From positions 13,350,813-13,414,812 of the forward strand of contig CM119264.1 in NCBI GenBank assembly GCA_051294375.1: DNA of 64,000 nucleotides, given 5' to 3'. Position 1 is the stretch's first letter, and each line of letters begins with the position of its first letter. The notes beneath the pieces were generated by a model. That model did not search any database. It was not told the origin of the DNA and saw only the letters and a list, made by a program, of their open reading frames with translations. This DNA comes from Paraspadella gotoi. Taxonomy: Eukaryota; Animalia; Chaetognatha. The translations under genes and the position numbers were made by a program. Of the stretch, positions 62,671 through 64,000 are shown piece by piece.

Positions 62671-63620
62671 TTTTATCGTCGCAATCGCTTTGCGACGATT
62701 TTGCTGTGGTTTTGCACATAAGTGGCGTCGTCGTCGTCGTTGTCGGCGTTCCAAATTATAGATCGCCTTTTTTATGATTAAATTTGGGTGTATGAAGCTG
62801 AAAATTTATATACAGCTTCTCATCATCGATATCCTTAAAATTGGGTCAGGACAGTAATTAAATGTTTTGTTTACGTTTTATCAAAACAAACAATTATCCT
62901 CTATTTTATTTTTATGTTTCCTCTCTCTCTTTTCTCTTTTCTCTTTTAATTATATGTAGCTATCTCTCTCTCTTCCCCAGTGCTGAACGAGTCTCGAGCT
63001 GGCTCTGCGGGGGCTCTGCTGCTGCTGCTGCTGCTGCTGATTCGTCCGAAAACGATTTGGCTTCTCTCTCTCTCTCTCTCTGCGTATTTATTAAAAAAAA
63101 ATTTAATTAGGATTAAACTCGTAAAATTAAGCATCGCATTCGTGCATGTTATCATTTTGCTATTGCAAAATCGTGTTTTTATTTCGTTTTTTTTTCTCAG
63201 GGGCTGCGTCTGCTGATCAGTTTTTTGACAATCAAAGTTGTTTTTTTTTTTCAGAAATTGTAATTTTAATTTTCTTGGTACTTTATATTTTTTAAATTGA
63301 CAATCGCAAAATAGAATATTTCTTTCTGTTTATAAATTAATTTTCTTTTCTCAAATTTTTTTTCTCAAAGGCTGCGTCTGCTGATCAGTTTATTTGACAA
63401 TGACAATGACAAAAAAAAAATTCCATTGTTTTTTTTTCTTCAGAAACTGTAACTTTAATTTTCCTCGGTACTTTATTATTTTTTTAATTGACAATCGCAA
63501 AATAAAATTTTTCTTTCTGTTTAAAAATTAATTTTTTAAAATTTCTTTTAGTATCAAAATTTGTCGTCAATCCAGATTTTTCTTATGCGATTGCGACGAT
63601 CCTTATGCTTTTAAGATTTT
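62671..63620 (+). mobile_element. Second HINE-like family (family B)
   Basis: 5' ATCGTCGCAATCGC with adjacent inverted TTGCGACGAT; (GTC)n microsatellite; internal ~165-bp tandem duplication (~63196-63545); 3' GCGATTGCGACGAT followed by a short CTTA..TAAG hairpin and a T-run. Confidence 0.6.
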
Positions 63621-63789
63621 TTAAATTAGTTGGATATTGTTCAAATTACACACGCGACAAAATCGATTTCACACGTCAGATATTTTTTAGTCATTGTAGC
63701 AATAGCACCACTCTTATAAACACGATTTTGGTTACTTTTACTTTCGCCGACCGGGTGAGGAGGGGGGGTTAGGGTTAAGAGTGTGATTA

Positions 63790-64000
63790 GAAGTGTGTGA
63801 TTGAGCTGGATATAAAGTTTTGGACCCATAATTACTCTAATTAATCATAATTGGATGTATAGATTGAGATGTAGGAAAATGTTTGTTGAAGCAGGATATA
63901 AAGTTTCGATGGAATCGTCCGAGTGGAATTGAGAGTAAATGGAAAAAACAAAAGTCACATTTACCTTTTTACTTATATTTAACCATAATTATTTAGGAAA
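63790..64000 (+). mobile_element. Partial HINE family A internal block
   Basis: AAGTGTGTGATTGAGCTGGAT...GTTTCGATGGAATCGTCCGAGTGG..AAATGGAAAAAACAAAA matches 19230-19310 and 20260-20340. Confidence 0.7.

Overview
AT-rich, microsatellite-rich eukaryotic DNA from an invertebrate animal (taxon not identifiable from sequence alone), with many short (~50-100 nt) GT-AG introns, so the ORF track shows only exon fragments. Genes I could splice by hand: an intron-containing histone H1 (14739-15508, +), a TRPM-family channel (16862-25348, +), LRP5/6 (26251-39234, +) and an SH3-PX-BAR sorting nexin of the SNX9/18/33 type (40606-60316, +). Four antisense genes are nested in introns of the last two: an ankyrin+RING (Mind bomb-like) gene inside LRP5/6, and GPCPD1 plus two tandem paralogous orphan secreted-protein genes inside the sorting nexin. 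Small non-autonomous elements are abundant: one complete mini LTR retrotransposon (TRIM) and three solo LTRs that carry tRNA-like A/B boxes and have 4-bp target-site duplications, Helentron-type (HINE/DINE-1-like) elements, Penelope-like fold-back remnants with minimal hammerhead ribozyme cores, and MITEs. The first ~13 kb is mostly non-coding, with an N gap and an error-rich ~72-bp tandem array. Exon structures are manual predictions, and no database searches were run.
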